Positions 1-13,900 of a stretch of DNA of 64,000 nucleotides are shown here, piece by piece; the first letter of the stretch is position 1; the number at the start of each line of letters is the position of its first letter. The DNA comes from Phoronis australis (Eukaryota; Animalia; Phoronida). A program made the translations under genes and the position numbers. The stretch covers positions 124,001-188,000 of the forward strand of contig NMRA01000337.1 of NCBI GenBank assembly GCA_002633005.1, in the 5' to 3' direction. The notes under the pieces were generated by a model. It saw only the letters and a list, made by a program, of their open reading frames with translations. It was not told the DNA's origin and did no database searches.

Positions 1-824
1 TTGCTGGTTTATTTTGCTTGCGGCAGTCAAGGGGGGGTGGCCCCCCCCCTAAATCTGCCTATGATTTTGTACTTTTTCAAATTGTCACCTCTGTAGTCAA
101 AGGTGATTTGAACCATTGGAGAAAAATTTTGTCACATAGGGGACTTTTAGGCCTCGTGGCCGGGAATTTCACGTGATTTTTCAATATTTTTGAGAGGGGA
201 ATAGGGCCGATATTTGGCCCCAAAATTGAGGGATTGAGGGCCCTGTCCTTTTTGTAAAGAAAAATGCGTCGCACTTCAACCCATAGTCATGAAAACAGAG
301 CCTGGCTGGCCGAAGATTCTCCGGTCCTCGTTGTTATGGCGACATCCAGTACGAGATGCGACAAATTATGATTCGAAAACAGTAATAAATTGTACACGGA
401 CATATTTTCCTTCGTCGCGGCGTATAGCAAGGACCCAACGCTTCCGAATCCCAACATCTTTAGGGATTGTAAAACAGAGTGTCCGTATTTTTTCTAGCTG
501 TTCGAGCAACGCGGAGTACAACTACGCGGATAAGCCACTAGAGCTATCGTAGCGAGCCTCGTTTTGGAACGCGCCTCCTGTCGGCGTGAATAGGGTCTAT
601 GCCTCCACCTGTGTTGTCACTGGTTGCACTTGATTCACTTGTCTGGTGTACACCAGTTCAGCTGAGACATCCGAACAAATCATCTTGATTGGTTCCTGAG
701 CTGACAGTCATCATCAGGAACCGATCAAATGTTCTTGAGCATTGATCCAGCATACTCCAGGAGAGTGAATTAAGTCCAGCCGTTGCGAGCCTGCTCTTTC
801 TCATAATTATCGTCATGGTTACAG

Positions 825-1017
825 ACTCGCATTCTGGTAACGCATGGCCTGAGCTTCCTGCCCAAGACAGACCGGATCATTGTTTTGACAGAGGGGCGTG
901 TCTCAGAGCAGGGGACATTCGAAGAGCTGCTGTCTCACAGAGGCGCCTTTGCTGAGTTCTTGAAGAACCATCTGACAGAAGAACCAGATGAGACATTGGA
1001 AGTATTGGATGAAGAAA
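825..1017 (+). CDS. ABCC1: ABCC1/MRP1-like exon: end of NBD1 (H-loop)
   Basis: acag|ACT...GAA A|gtgagt; TRILVTHGLSFLPKTDRIIVLTEGRVSEQGTFEELLSHRGAFAEFLKNHL; 193 nt, phase 0->1. Confidence 0.93.
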
Positions 1018-2500
1018 GTGAGTAGAAGCACTTTCTTTTTGAGATGAAAACTGAATAATATATATTGAATAGATGACACCCAGTGTACCATTGAGTAGCT
1101 CATGTCAGCTTTGATAAATCAAATATGAGGTGGCCAATCTAACAGTGCATACAATTGGTGAACTGTCGGCCCATGTGTTATGTGTAAAATTAGAGACGAG
1201 GTAAACTCGCCATATTCTAATATGGTGAGTTTGTCTCTCTAAAATGGCTAGTGCCAAGACATGAAGTAAAAGTGAGGTTTTAAAGTTCAGGTAATGTGAT
1301 AATTGATGTGTTTATACCTGATCTTTTTTATCTTTTCTGCAGAAAAATCTCAGATTGATATTATAAGATAGTAACACATCTTGTGCATCAATGCCTGTTT
1401 TATTAAAGCTCCTATGTCCTGTCATAAGTACGATATTTTGAAGGTAATGTTGCGTTTTTGTGTAAGCGAAACAGTTGCATCGGACTGATTCATGATAGCA
1501 GTTCACATTCCAGTTGAAAGCCCACCTTCATAAACCATAATGAATAGTTTGCCAATAAAAATTCAAGATACAGCTGTGTTCAACTGAAACCAGGTGTATG
1601 ACAATTTATGAAACACAGCCTGGCATCTCTGTCCATCGTATATGTCAACTACTGACTTTCAAATTGCTCGTCAAACGATGCTTGCCTGTCTAGTTTGCAC
1701 TTATGCAGTGTTGTTTCATTTAGACTTTAAATGGCAGTTGTAGTTGCTTAAAATACAATTACTCAAGTGGTATGGTACACATTGTACCTGACGTGCGCAG
1801 GCCGCTCAGGTGGGCTTGTTGCACTGATTACCTGCAGTTGCTTAGAATGGCACTCAAAAGTTGTGTTGTCAACTAAAATAAACATTGTCCACAATTTCTA
1901 TTGTATTCTTATGCTGCTGTGCTATTTGTTCTGCTGTGCTCTGCTTTATCTAATTTTTCCTTGTTTTCGAAAAGTCCACGGTCAAGGTACGAGAATGTTA
2001 CTCACATTTTTATGTTGCATGTTAATGTTAAATGTGCGTGTTAACAATTAAGTTTGATGGTTTTCTCATTTGTCTCTTAAAGTGTCCATGGTAGAAAAAA
2101 TTAATCCGAGAATGGTGGAAATGCTTATTCTTGTAGAAAATTACCCTTGAGGAGGGTTGTCTGAAACTTTGTGACAACTATATGATATAATAAAAGGAAT
2201 TTTTTTCTACCATGTTCATAAATAAGGGTTTCAGTTGGGGTACTCTGTGTATTTTGGTAATAAGCGACTGGTAAATTCTGTGATTTCTTTAGTTGTTAAT
2301 GACATCGTACTCATATCTTGATTTGTAAATGTTGCTTAAAATTAATTGTTCAAGAAGGAGATATTATAACAGTTTCAAGCCAAAAATAACCCTATTTAGA
2401 AATACAATTATAGCACCTCTAGAATTCTGTAGTTTGATTTCTCAACGTTTTTCTTCTGTCGGGCTCTGATCCTATGATTTTAGATGTTACTGACAACGGC

Positions 2501-2604
2501 AATAGTCTGATATAACGTGCCCGTATTTTGAGAACCAGATTGATACCCGTTATTCAGTGGAGAAAACTGGTTCTCAAAATTCGGGCACGTTATAGCAGAC
2601 CATT
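2501..2604. repeat. Short foldback (palindromic MITE-like)
   Basis: arms aatagtctgatataacgtgcccgtattttgagaaccag / ctggttctcaaaattcgggcacgttatagcagaccatt. Confidence 0.7.
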
Positions 2605-3229
2605 ACCATTCACAGCTGCTATGTTTATTCTATATCAAAATTACTGTACATTGCAATCATGCTATGTGTTTGGTAAATTTTCAAGTTGAGAATCACATTC
2701 CTTTGGCTGCCAAATGTTCCTCAAGACTTGACTTTAAAATTGATCATTCCGATGCCAAATGTGAAGTTTGTTTCATGTTTTGCGATTGGTAAAGTTCGGA
2801 GTTAATTTTGGTAGTCTTGGGACGAGAAGAAAGTGATGAACTGACTTAAATGTCCATAGGTGCTGGCTGTATCATTTCCTATTTATCTTAATTGGCTACA
2901 TAGTGCTTAATGTTGTGGGTCACTCCAACCTATTAAGTCTCATTTTTCCACCTCGTGGCAAAAAAGATATGGGGCTGGAATATTCGCACATGTTTTACTT
3001 TTAACTTGTGTTGGTTTGTGCAATTTGTTCTCGACGTTAAAATTTACTAACCAGTAATAGATATTTTGTTAGAGTTAATCTAATAAATGTGTTGTATAAT
3101 AAGATTGATAGCATGTTTTCTGAAAATGGTTTTGTGAGACTAACTCAAACATCAATGTTTAACAAGTTAGCTAATTTTGTGGAAGTTTTGGCTAAAAACC
3201 AGCTGAGAAAGACAGACAAAAGTAAGTTA

Positions 3230-4755
3230 CCGTATTCGCTGTAATAACCGGCCAGGGCGCTTAGAAAAGTTCGTTTCATTGGGGGCACTTATTATAACCC
3301 AAGGCTGTTGAAACCCGGTCTGCGAAACGAGTGAAATCGGAAGCTAAGATTCATCACATTTACGTTCTGTGACGTATCTGTAATCTTAAGTGGTGCATTG
3401 CTATCAAACTTTGCTGCTAAATTTTACAGAAAATTGTGCTGAAATCCCAGGGCGAAAACTCGCCGACTGCCTGCGTCACAATCGTCGATATGGCGACTTG
3501 AATGCTTGAATAAAAATACAGTTTTGACTCAAACAAATTACCTGAAATCCTCCTTAAGTTTTCCAAGTAGCGTCCCGTGGAGTCAGGATCAAGGCAGGTT
3601 GAAGTGCAAATCTGTGCTACATCGTGCCATCTACTTGTATGATCGGCAACATGAGAAAAATGTCTGGACGAACACACAATGTTGTTGTCACGTGACGTTT
3701 GTTTTGAAGTTGTCAGCGTTTGTGAGTAAGCTAGCGCATGCATGTCACCAGACTTTATTCGCCAGAGCAGAGACCGTCTTTTGGCCAGAGCCACGCAATC
3801 TAACGAGCTTGATGTGCATTGTATCTAAAGAAATTTGCACAAGCAGTAGGCCTAAACCAGAGTGTGTTTCATTCAGCACTTGCCGGTCTCATATGCAAAA
3901 AACATTTGACATTTGTCTCGGTAAGGCCATATTAGTCGCCATGTGGATGGCGGTCTCATATGCTAAAAACGTTCAACATTTGTCTCGGTAACGCCATATT
4001 AGTCGCCGTGTGGATGGCATACGTGACAGTTATTTTTCGATGTAAGGTTGTGTAAGCATTCACTGTTAGTGGTCATTTTATCGGATATTTGGCTTAAAAA
4101 CACTAATTATGGTTGATCGAACAATTCATCCTAAAAATAACGCAAACATTATTCATAGTATTAGGAACTGTCGGAAATAGTTGCCAATATTCATTTCTTG
4201 CCGATGCTATGCTACCCGTTTCATGAATGGATAGTTCCCAACTAATGTCTTTGATGACAAGTTCATTTATGTAGCGCGCGCTTCCTGGCCACATGTTTTT
4301 ACACTGGCCAAGCTTTTTATTAGTCTTCAATTTGCAGTTTTCACATATAGGCCAACAAAGAAATTTGGATTCCTGTTGAAAGCGGGAAATATCTACAAAG
4401 CAATCCCGTAGACAAGTACACTACTTCTGTTCTGAAAGGCCAGACCATTGGTCCTCGCAATATCAGCAGAACTTTTGTGTTTGTTTTGAGGCATGGTGGA
4501 AGTTTGAAGTGTATAGTCACGTCTAAATACCTACATTGTGGCGAGGCTCGTGGTCTACAAATTCTGCGCACAATGATTTTTTTAGGACTGTCGGATATTA
4601 TTGATAAATTGAAGACGTTACTGTAGAATTTTAAGACTGTAGGTAAGGCATTTTTCACACGTACACGTTCATGGACTGGGAGCTTATTTTAGCAAAGTCT
4701 GAAAACGCGTGGGGGGTGCTTATAGGGGCATGGGCGGTTATTACGGCGAATATGG
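3230..4755. mobile_element. Non-autonomous TIR element with TA target duplication (Tc1/mariner/pogo-like)
   Basis: TA|CCGTATTCGCTGTAATAACCG ... CGGTTATTACGGCGAATATGG|TA; no transposase ORF. Confidence 0.7.
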
Positions 4756-5934
4756 TATGCGAAGTAATTTGACTATGAGTCAATTGTTTACTCTCGATTG
4801 AAATTTTTTACTCAGCAATTTTTCACACATCAACTTTTGTTGAAAAGTTTTATGCTGGTTAAGATAGTGCTCTTTTCTGAATTGAAGTTTGTTACATTTC
4901 CATAAGCTTTTGTTTGCTAAGTATTTGCTTAATTTACTCTTGCAATGCTCTATTTTGTTTAATTTGTAGTGCTGTTCAAAAAACACTTGTTATCCATGAA
5001 TTTTGGCTGCATTTTACCTTTCAACACAGTAACNAATAACGCAAACATTATTCATAGTATTAGAAACTGTCGGAAATAGTTGCCAATATTCATTTCTTGC
5101 CGATGCTATACTACCCGTTTCATGAATGGATAGTTCCCAACTAATGTCTTTGATGACAAGTTCATGTATGTAGCGCGCGCTTCCTGGCCACGTGTTTTTA
5201 ACACTGGCCAAGCTTTTTATTAGTCTTCAATTTGCAGTTTTCACGTATAGGCCAACAAAGAAATTTGGATTCCTGTTGAAAGCGGGAAATATCTACAAAG
5301 CAATCCCATAGACAAGTACACTACTTCTGTTCTGAAAGGCCAGACCATTGGTCCTCGCAATATCAGGCAGAACTTTTGTGTTTGTTTTGAGGCATGGCGG
5401 AAGTTTGAAGTGTATAGTCACGGCTAAATACCTACATAGTGGCGAGGCTCGTGGTCTACAAATTCTGCGCACAATGATTTTTTTAGGACTGTCGGATATT
5501 ATTGATAAATTGAAGACGTTACTGTAGAATTTTAAGACTGTAGGTAAGGCATTTTTCACACGTACACGTTCATGGACTGGGAGCTTATTTTAGCAAAGTC
5601 TGAAAACGCGTGGGGGGTGCTTATAGGGGCATGGGCGGTTATTACGGCGAATATGGTATGCGAAGTAATTTGACTATGAGTCAATTGTTTACTCTCGATT
5701 GAAATTTTTTACTCAGCAATTTTTCACACATCAACTTTTGTTGAAAAGTTTTATGCTGGTTAAGATAGTGCTCTTTTCTGAATTGAAGTTTGTTACATTT
5801 CCATAAGCTTTTGTTTGCTAAGTATTTGCTTAATTTACTCTTGCAATGCTCTATTTTGTTTAATTTGTAGTGCTGTTCAAAAAACACTTGTTATCCATGA
5901 ATTTTGGCTGCATTTTACCTTTCAACACAGTAAC
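4136..5934. repeat. About 900-bp near-identical tandem duplication joined by a single N (probable assembly overlap)
   Basis: 4136-5033 matches 5035-5934 with few SNPs/indels; n at 5034. Confidence 0.9.
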
Positions 5935-5983
5935 CAGCTCTGAGTCAGTTGTTTCTTGGCTTTTCACTACAAAATAATTGTAG

Positions 5984-6056
5984 GTCTTGCCTTACGCCAG
6001 GAAGTCTTATCTCAAGTCAGTGAGCTCCTTCACGAAGATATAAATGAGATCAGGAA
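5984..6056 (+). CDS. ABCC1: ABCC1-like linker exon
   Basis: tgtag|GT CTT...AGG AA|gtaagt; (S)LALRQEVLSQVSELLHEDINEIR(K); phase 1->2 fits both neighbours; poorly conserved sequence. Confidence 0.7.
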
Positions 6057-6530
6057 GTAAGTTGGTACTTGTCTTGTTTGCGAGTGGTTCATTTGGCTGG
6101 CTGAACTTTGCAGTTCTTAATATAGCACACAGCCTACAATATTTAAAACCATATAATTGTGTCGAATGACTATCTTGAAAACTGGTCTTCAAACAAGATA
6201 AGTTTTACCTGTTTGTTTGTTATTGTTGTCATGGATACTAGTTAGCTGTTATTTCAAACTCAGTTTTGACTGAATAAATCATTTTTTATGTAAAACACAA
6301 GGAATAAATCCTGCGCAGCTGTGAGATTTTCATTGAAAAGTTGACCTTGATTTCTATTTTAGTTTTGGCTTTGTGCTTGCAGCTTGAAAAGGGGTCTGCC
6401 AATGTGCAAGATTTTCACTTATAAATGGAGCATGAGGCACCCTGTCCTGTTCTTCAAACATCCAGGTGCCACCTTGACAAAGTATTCATGAACTGCTCTC
6501 TGTTTTACTTTGGTGTTGGGCCTGTTTCAG

Positions 6531-6696
6531 GAAAAGATCTGCTGAGCATCGAGAGAGAAAGCAGACAGCTACCAGTGATACAAATATTGATGAGCCCTAC
6601 CCTCAACCTCTGGCTGGCTTTAAGACTGAGCTGGCCGTGTCTAGGGACAAAATATCTACTGCAGATGAGGCAGAACTTGACAGTATGCAGCGTCAG
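6531..6696 (+). CDS. ABCC1: ABCC1-like linker exon
   Basis: tttcag|G AAA...CGT CAG|gtacgt; KRSAEHRERKQTATSDTNIDEP...DSMQRQ; open frame, phase 2->0 fits neighbours. Confidence 0.7.
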
Positions 6697-7139
6697 GTAC
6701 GTGATAATAATAGGCAGTAACTTTTATTAACTCTTTACACTCCAAGTAACTGTCGGCCATTGTGTCCTTGAACCCCAAGTAACTTAGCACACATGGGCTG
6801 AACTGAGGTGCTTGTTTTCAAAATTCCAAAGACAATCCATTTATCATTGAATTTCAAAGTTTGATACACCAAAATGTAGAGAACAGGATGAACTTTATCT
6901 ACAGTTTCACCAAAATTAAAAAATCTCACTCTCTCATGTGATGCAGGTAAGTAACACCTGAAATGCCGGTGTTTGTTTGCAAATTTGCCAATTCAGTGTA
7001 TCATTTAAAGAATAAAAATGATTTATCAGTAACAGTGTCGTCAATATTCTTCAGTAAAATTTCTTAAGATACATTTTTGATCATATTTCATATCTTCTAT
7101 TTACATTTGAAGGCCATAAAGTGACTTAAATTAGGCCAT

Positions 7140-7825
7140 CATTAAGTTCAACGATTCAAATTGTCCACTTCCGGTTGTGACTCGCGCTTTGTTTGGGCGT
7201 TCAAATTAATTACCCTGACAATTTCATCGATATTGAAATTTTTAAAGTACTCAACTTGCTTATCAGAACCATCGTACACTCTAGAAGACCCCACATGTTC
7301 AGAAAATTTGCGAAGGTGTCGGAGTTCAACGGCGTTTGTTTGACCCAATTGCGACATTCGCGACCTGTTAAATTTTCCTCCGGTTCAAAGCCATGTAATT
7401 CAACTTCTTTGTCGTAATAGTCAACAAAATCTGGCCAGATATATAAGAATTCCTTTTTGGGTTATCTTGTACATTAATTAAGTAAAAAGCATACAAATTA
7501 TTGCTAATTTCGTCATTTGAAAAGTCTACGTCTGAATCGCCGTCGGTCGTCATTTTGTTTTCGCGAGTCATCGTTCTAAATTCTTGGAAAACCCCTTCAA
7601 TAACTCATATTACATCTCAGCAACGAATCAGAAAAGCTGTTAGAAATGAAGGTAGGCCTATATTTAAATTTGTGACGTACACAAAAGAATTCCCCTAATC
7701 AACCAATCAAATATGCTGTTGCTTAGAAGTTCGGCATATCGTGAGACCGATAAAGCGGTCCACGGTGTTGAATGGAGGTAAGTTTCAGAGACCGCTTAAG
7801 CGGTCTGCGGTGTTGAAAGGGTTAA
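7140..7825 (-). mobile_element. piggyBac-like terminal fragment
   Basis: end ...gcggtgttgaaaggg|ttaa with an internal repeat (gagaccg..taagcggtc..cggtgttgaa); acidic short ORF DGDSDVDFSNDE; other end not found, left boundary approximate. Confidence 0.45.
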
Positions 7826-9485
7826 ATACAGTCCAAAGTCATTAATTTAGTTAGTATGGCTAACTCAATATACAACAAACATGTGTCCTATATGGTGAAT
7901 GTTTCTTGTTTATTTAAACCTTCTATAAATTAACCCACATTCTGCGAAAGAAACTAACTTTTGATTTAGACAACTTACAATTATAAAGTTGATGTCAATT
8001 TGTTTGTGGGGTTGGAAGGAAGTGACAGTTACCTATCCGGGAATTTCATATATGGCACTGCTGTCATGTTTCAAGTGCATTGTGGGTTGGTTGTTGGCTG
8101 GTAAACATCCAGTGATGTCACAGAAACCTTTCTAACCTGTAAGCAATATCAGTGAAAAACACCACTTGGGTACACCAGCTCTCAAAGCACAGGTTCACTA
8201 CAACATGCTTTTTGATGCACAAAACTTTGAAAATGAGGCTCAGAATGCGTCAAAATAATGTGTAGATTAGCAAATCTTAGGCACATACCATCAGATCATG
8301 TAAAGTTAAATCTCCCCAAATTATTTGTGGTATCATCGGATGTTTCACAAGTTGGCAATTGTCTGACAATGAATTTGAAAAGTGGCAGCTGCTTTACAGA
8401 TGCTCCAAACTGAGACTATATTTGGCCAGAAAATGACCTATTGTGACGAGGGATTTTGTAGAGCCTTGATACCCCTAGTTGTTACATTTTCCGTGGAATG
8501 CACGTGTGAGAAATGTACCATTGTTACATTTTACGAAATCAAAATCGAGAACAAGTGGTATCTGACACGGCTGGGGCGTATTTGAGTATTTTTGTACAAT
8601 TGGTGCCGCCCAAAAAAATTGGATACCCACCCGTTTATAGAGTTGGCTCAGACAAAAAAGTGACCCATTTAGCGACTAATTTTGTGTAAAAATTCACATT
8701 TTCGTGTCGTGTTCCAGAAATTCGGAAAAGGTACCTTTTAGAGGCAGCGTATTTGGTCGAAAATGGCATCATTTTGGAGAGTATTTTTGTTGTATAAAAA
8801 CACCCTTTTTGCACTTTTCGTATACCTCTAGGAATGCCCTCTGGGCTGACATGGCATGAATCTGGCTACCTATTATAATTGTTTTTGTTATTATTACATT
8901 ACTATTAACTATTACTGCTATTACTACCATTTGTACTATTAGTGCTATTACTATTTTCACTATTATTAAGGTGATGGGTTTTGATGTAGTGGAATAGCAA
9001 GATCTTGCACACCTATATCAGGTGATTTTGTATTCTTGCGAGCAAGGAATAGGAAATTTTTATGATTTATATGGAATGGCTCGTTTACTCTTATCTCCTT
9101 CTGCTGCTATCTGCTAAACATGCATCTTGGGTATGTTAATACTTATCAATATGATCTAGGACATCATGTTCATTTGTTTGTTATTGTTCTGTTATGCAGG
9201 TATCAACTTTACTTGGCGTCATGTTGGTTACGCACAAAATTGAGGATCAAGGATCGCAACTATCACTTGTTAATTTTGGCCATTTTTTATGGTCCTCTGG
9301 TATAACATTTGACAGTAATGAAGCAAACTTGTAGTAAGTTTTCTTTCTAGAGCCATATAATCATTTGCTGCTGTAACCTATCATCCCCACTTACTTATAA
9401 ACAAGACTTTTTAAGATGAGCGAATTTCCCCAAGTGTGGAAGTGGCATGAACAGTTTCCTGAATTACGTCACATGTGTTTTGTAG

Positions 9486-9635
9486 ATTTCCCAGTACGAC
9501 GAGATGAGAGCGGTTCCGGCGCTCAGTCGTGTGACATCTTATGTTGAAGGTGATGATGGTGCAAAAAAAGAAGTGGCTGAGAAAGGAACGGAAAAAGACA
9601 AGCTGATTGAGACAGAGACTGCAGAAACTGGGCGG
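9486..9635 (+). CDS. ABCC1: ABCC1-like linker exon ending in conserved LIETETAETGR
   Basis: tgtag|ATT...GGG CGG|gtgagg; ISQYDEMRAVPALSRVTS...KLIETETAETGR; a second in-frame acceptor (exon start 9495) is possible. Confidence 0.85.
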
Positions 9636-9671
9636 GTGAGGAAACATTTGAGGGTCAAAAGCCTGTTGGGA

Positions 9672-9920
9672 TGGAGCCTGTTTCAGGTGACAGAGCCTGT
9701 GTCAGGTGAAAGAGCCTGTGTCAGGGGATAGAGCCTGTTTCAGGGGATAGATCCTGTGTCAGGGCATAGAGCCTGTGTCAGGGGATGGAGTCTGTGTCAG
9801 GGAATAGAGTCTTTGTCAGGGGATAGAGCCTGTGTCTGGGGATAGAGTCTGTGTCAGGGGATTGAGCCTGTGTCAGGGGATAATATCTTTGTTGGGATTG
9901 AGCCTCTGTCAGGATATAGC
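9672..9920. repeat. 20-bp minisatellite (gatagagcctgtgtcagggg), about 12 units
   Basis: direct tandem units starting about 35 nt after the donor at 9636. Confidence 0.9.
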
Positions 9921-11028
9921 ATTTGCAGGATCGTGAGCTTGTCACAGCTACTGAAGAGTTTTTAACATAATGTGGTGACTTAAAGGATACCAAGTACCTG
10001 ACTTAATGAGTAATTTGTGATCAATGAACATAGTACCGAACCCACAAAACACAGCTTGCTCATCCAAAAACAATGCATTGACTCACAGACTTGTGCCTGG
10101 GCTCACAAAGATGTCTCACCAATGGTTAAACACTATGCCAGAACCACAAGACATGACTTACTCACCCTTACAAACTAATGCCCCAGTTCACTAGCACAGT
10201 GCATGTGCGTGGTGTCTATGTACTGTGTGAAGTCGTCCGTGTACCTGTGTTGGTGAGCTAACAGTTGTGTTTGGTTGTGTAAGCCGTGTTTTACGATTCC
10301 GGCTCGAAGTTTAGGGACTGATGAGCCGTGTTTGCAAGTCGGTGAACTGACCTTGTTGGGGCTGTGAGTTGTGTTTATGTGTAAAGAACTATTTTTGGTG
10401 AGGTCGCTCACAGGCATGTTGTTCATCTTTTGAAACTTTTGATTACCAAAAAGGTGTCGGAGTTCATGTAACTTGTTCAACTTTCATTCTTATTTGTTGA
10501 GCTTTGATTTGTTACCGTCTTCAGTGTGAGCACAGTGCTACAAAAAGTGAATGCAAGTGGAGTTCTTTTATTCATTAAAAGTGACAAAAACACCTGAAAA
10601 TTTTATTGGCTTAACTACTCCTAGAGATCCAAACATCATCTTGATATTAGCAATTTTAGCAGTTTGTTGTGGAAATTATTTTGAATAACAGCTTAATATT
10701 TTAAATGACTTATTTGTACTAAATAACACCAGTAAAAATTCAATTTCGGACTTCAGAAGGGTGACCACTAATGATATTAGGGAGTCCGCTATTTAGCTAC
10801 CTGCAGGCTGGGCCTCCCTAAATTAATATATTAAGCTGCCTCACCGGAATGTGGCTGAAGAGCAGGGCTCTCTATATTAATGTAGGGCCCTACTTTTGAA
10901 GATTAAAATTAAATTTCTTGCCCGTGTCTTTTTATTAGGAGTAAGTCTTAAGCTTTTACATGCAGTTATTTTTTAGGAAAAATACTACTGGTAAAGACAG
11001 CAATCAATTGTTATATAATTATCTACAG

Positions 11029-11242
11029 GTAAAACTTGCAGTGTTTGTTGCCTACCTGAAGGCGGTGGGTATTCCTGTCTCCATTCTCATTATTTGCCTC
11101 TACATTCTCAACAACGCCTGCGCCATTGGAGCCAACGTTTGGCTGAGTGACTGGAGCAATGATGAGCTGGTCAATGGTACAGTTGATGCAGCTCAACGCG
11201 ACATGAGACTTGGGGTTTACACTGCTCTTGGATTTGCTCAAG
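11029..11242 (+). CDS. ABCC1: ABCC1-like exon: TMD2 start (TM12, start of TM13)
   Basis: tacag|GTA...CAA G|gtaggt; VKLAVFVAYLKAVG...GANVWLSDWSND...RLGVYTALGFAQ; phase 0->1. Confidence 0.95.
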
Positions 11243-12999
11243 GTAGGTAGAATAAATCTGAGTTTCAGCAGAAATAGGGTATTATCTCTTAAGATTTGAA
11301 TTGGTAAAATTTATGTTACGTTTCACAACTAAGTGAAGTTTATCTTCAGTTGAAATTGACAGCTTTTTTCTACCTAAATCTTATTACAAGAAAAAAATGG
11401 AGTTCAGTTTCAGTTATGGAAACCATGCGTTTGAAGTGTTCACCGCAATGGAAAATGCACAACCTTCAAGTAAAATGCGGGGTTGTGCTTTGAAAGAGAA
11501 ATGAAGAATTGCTGTCCCTGTAATAAAGGCTCGTTAGCCTTATTGCAAGACCAGGGGTATGTGAAATGCCTGCATGCGCCCGATGAGTTTGTTTGCACAC
11601 TGTTCTTCACACTAGCCACAATAAAGTAAGGCCATTGTCACTTAACTCAGACTCAGTCAAATGTGAACTCTGGTCAGACCATGCCATTGTGTAGCGAACT
11701 TTTGTTTTGCACACCAGTTTCACAAGGAATGTTTTACAGCAAAATTAAACTGTGAATTCAAGATCATTTGACCCTGTTGTTCCAGCAATTTTAAGTGATG
11801 ACTCTGATAAGTTGTTCTAAAAGGCTAAATTTTTTCTCAGACAAATGTCAATCATTATCACAGTGATACCCTGTCTGTGAAGGCCTTGTATAGTTTGTTT
11901 TCAGAGACAATTTGACAAAAACATGGAATCCACATGGTGACCTGTGTACTCACCTTAAACACATGGTGACCTGTGTACTCACCTTAAACAAGGTGATCAT
12001 TTCTGGTGTTTGTCACTTTTCTGTCGCTTACAGTACAGCCACTGAATTATTAGACTTTTTCCGGGCTCCTTCCGGTCTGGCTAGGCGTGAAGCAGACCGG
12101 AGACAGGCCGGAGAGTGAGTTGTGAGTCGACGGTGACAACTGGCGTGAGCTTAAGCATGACTGTGCCGGGAGCTTACCGTGAGTTAGGCGTTAACGAAGC
12201 GCGAGCGGACCGTGAGTCAGGCGTGAGCCATGCGTGAGTTTTTTGCCTTCTCTACAGTCACTACAATCCTGATTGCTATTCTCACTCGTTTAGCGCGACT
12301 TGAACAAAGTGCTGTATTGCATTTCAAGAAGATTTTCTCAGTGCTAGAATCATCTAGTAAACAACTGTAAGAACTTTGACAACATGGGTAAGGAATTCCG
12401 TACTGTGTTTGCAGTATATATGGTACTGGTCAGCTATCTCAAGGCAAAAGACCGTTACGCAATATAGTTTACTATATAGTTCATTAAAACATGTGGATGC
12501 ACCACTTGCTCAACTGGAAGCCAAACCATCAAGACTCAGCAAGTGTGTAATGCTATCTTTAATGAAGAAATGTATCATGAATATGTAATGAATTGTATGA
12601 AATATTGTATATTTAATTTAGTGGATTTGTTATTTGACATTTATTCTTGTTATATTAGTTATTAACTGTTTACTGTGTGTTATTTCTCATTTATGTTCAT
12701 ACTAGTGGGCCTAGATCGTTTAATTGTGAAACGATCTGCACTGCAGACACAAGTGCCGAAGTAAGCAGATTTAGTTTAGTGTAGGTTTCTGACTGAACTT
12801 GAGAGCTCGCTTTAGGTGTCGAGATAAGTTGTCTATACGGTTTGTCGTTAAATATTGATTTCAGAATGCCTCTTGTTATCCGTGCATTTAGTTTATGCTT
12901 GTATTTGTTGATTTTTTTTGGTTTTGGAGGGCAAGTGTTTGTTCATTATATCAGTTCAAGCTCGTGAGAAAATGTTGTAATTTGTGTTAACGTCGTTAC

Positions 13000-13900
13000 C
13001 CTCATTGAGTATGGGTTGGTCATTTATTAAGTTCTTTGAGATCATCTCTTAACTGTTTATTCAATGGAGTATGCCTGGGTACTCCAGCTTTGTGGTTTGT
13101 TTTGGTGTCAATTATAACGAAGGTTAGGCAGTGGTCACATAGAGACGATAATAGAATTCCGGCCTGAGACTGTTCAAGGATACAGGAAAACTTAATATAA
13201 ATATGGTCAATAAGTAGCAAAGATATCGGTAAATCTAATGGAAAGAGTAATTTTAGGAAGGTGGTGGTGGTCTATCATTACATCAAAAAATTCATAAAGT
13301 TTCATATTGGGGTTTAAGCTTATAAATTCGAAGTTCTTTGTTATATGAAGACAGATTAGTTAGTTCAAAGGTACGTATGGTCACTGAGGAATAGATCTTC
13401 GTGTCTGAATTCATTTGTGGGTGGTTAGTAAACATTAACAATTATCGTCAATTTTTTATTCTCAGGCGTTCTTACATGCGCTATTAGTCCTTCCCATGAA
13501 GTAAAATTGTTAAGCCTAGTGACCTTCATAATTTCCAAGTATATTTGATGAGATCTTACTGACGAGAACAAGACTCATGAGATGGCATTGATGCAATAAA
13601 ATACCCCGAAAGTTGAAATAAATTCGGATTATCATTTTCGCTTAACTAGATTTCCTGGAGGCGGTTGATGTCAATACACTTGTGAGCTTCATGAATCATT
13701 TCCTGAAATATTGCAAACCTGGAAGACTGTATGGCTGTATATTGACACTTAGTATGCATAACTTGTGTTTATCGTACCTAAGGTATTTTTTGAAACCACT
13801 GGTATCATAGTATGCGTACGTTGATGAAACTGTCTTCATCATTCAATCTCAAGTTTGTCAATTGTGCTTATCAATTATATGTTGTAGTTGTCGTTTCCAC
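13000..13900 (-). mobile_element. Degenerate LINE (CR1/L2-like) APE endonuclease fragment
   Basis: minus-strand PKITLSIRF...LIDHIY...GILLSSLCDH and IIVNVY*PP motifs, with stops and frameshifts; boundaries approximate. Confidence 0.55.

Noticed and set aside
3417-3991. ORFs of 125 and 161 aa as genes
   Set aside because: They lie inside a non-autonomous TIR element, with no recognisable domain or splice context.
9672-9920. Minisatellites here and at 22053, 41668, 47800 and 60460 as CRISPR-like arrays
   Set aside because: Head-to-tail units without unique spacers, in a eukaryotic context with no cas genes.
10318-10350. CTGATGA-gccg...cggt-GAAC as a hammerhead ribozyme
   Set aside because: GAAC instead of GAAA, and no stem III/UH arrangement.
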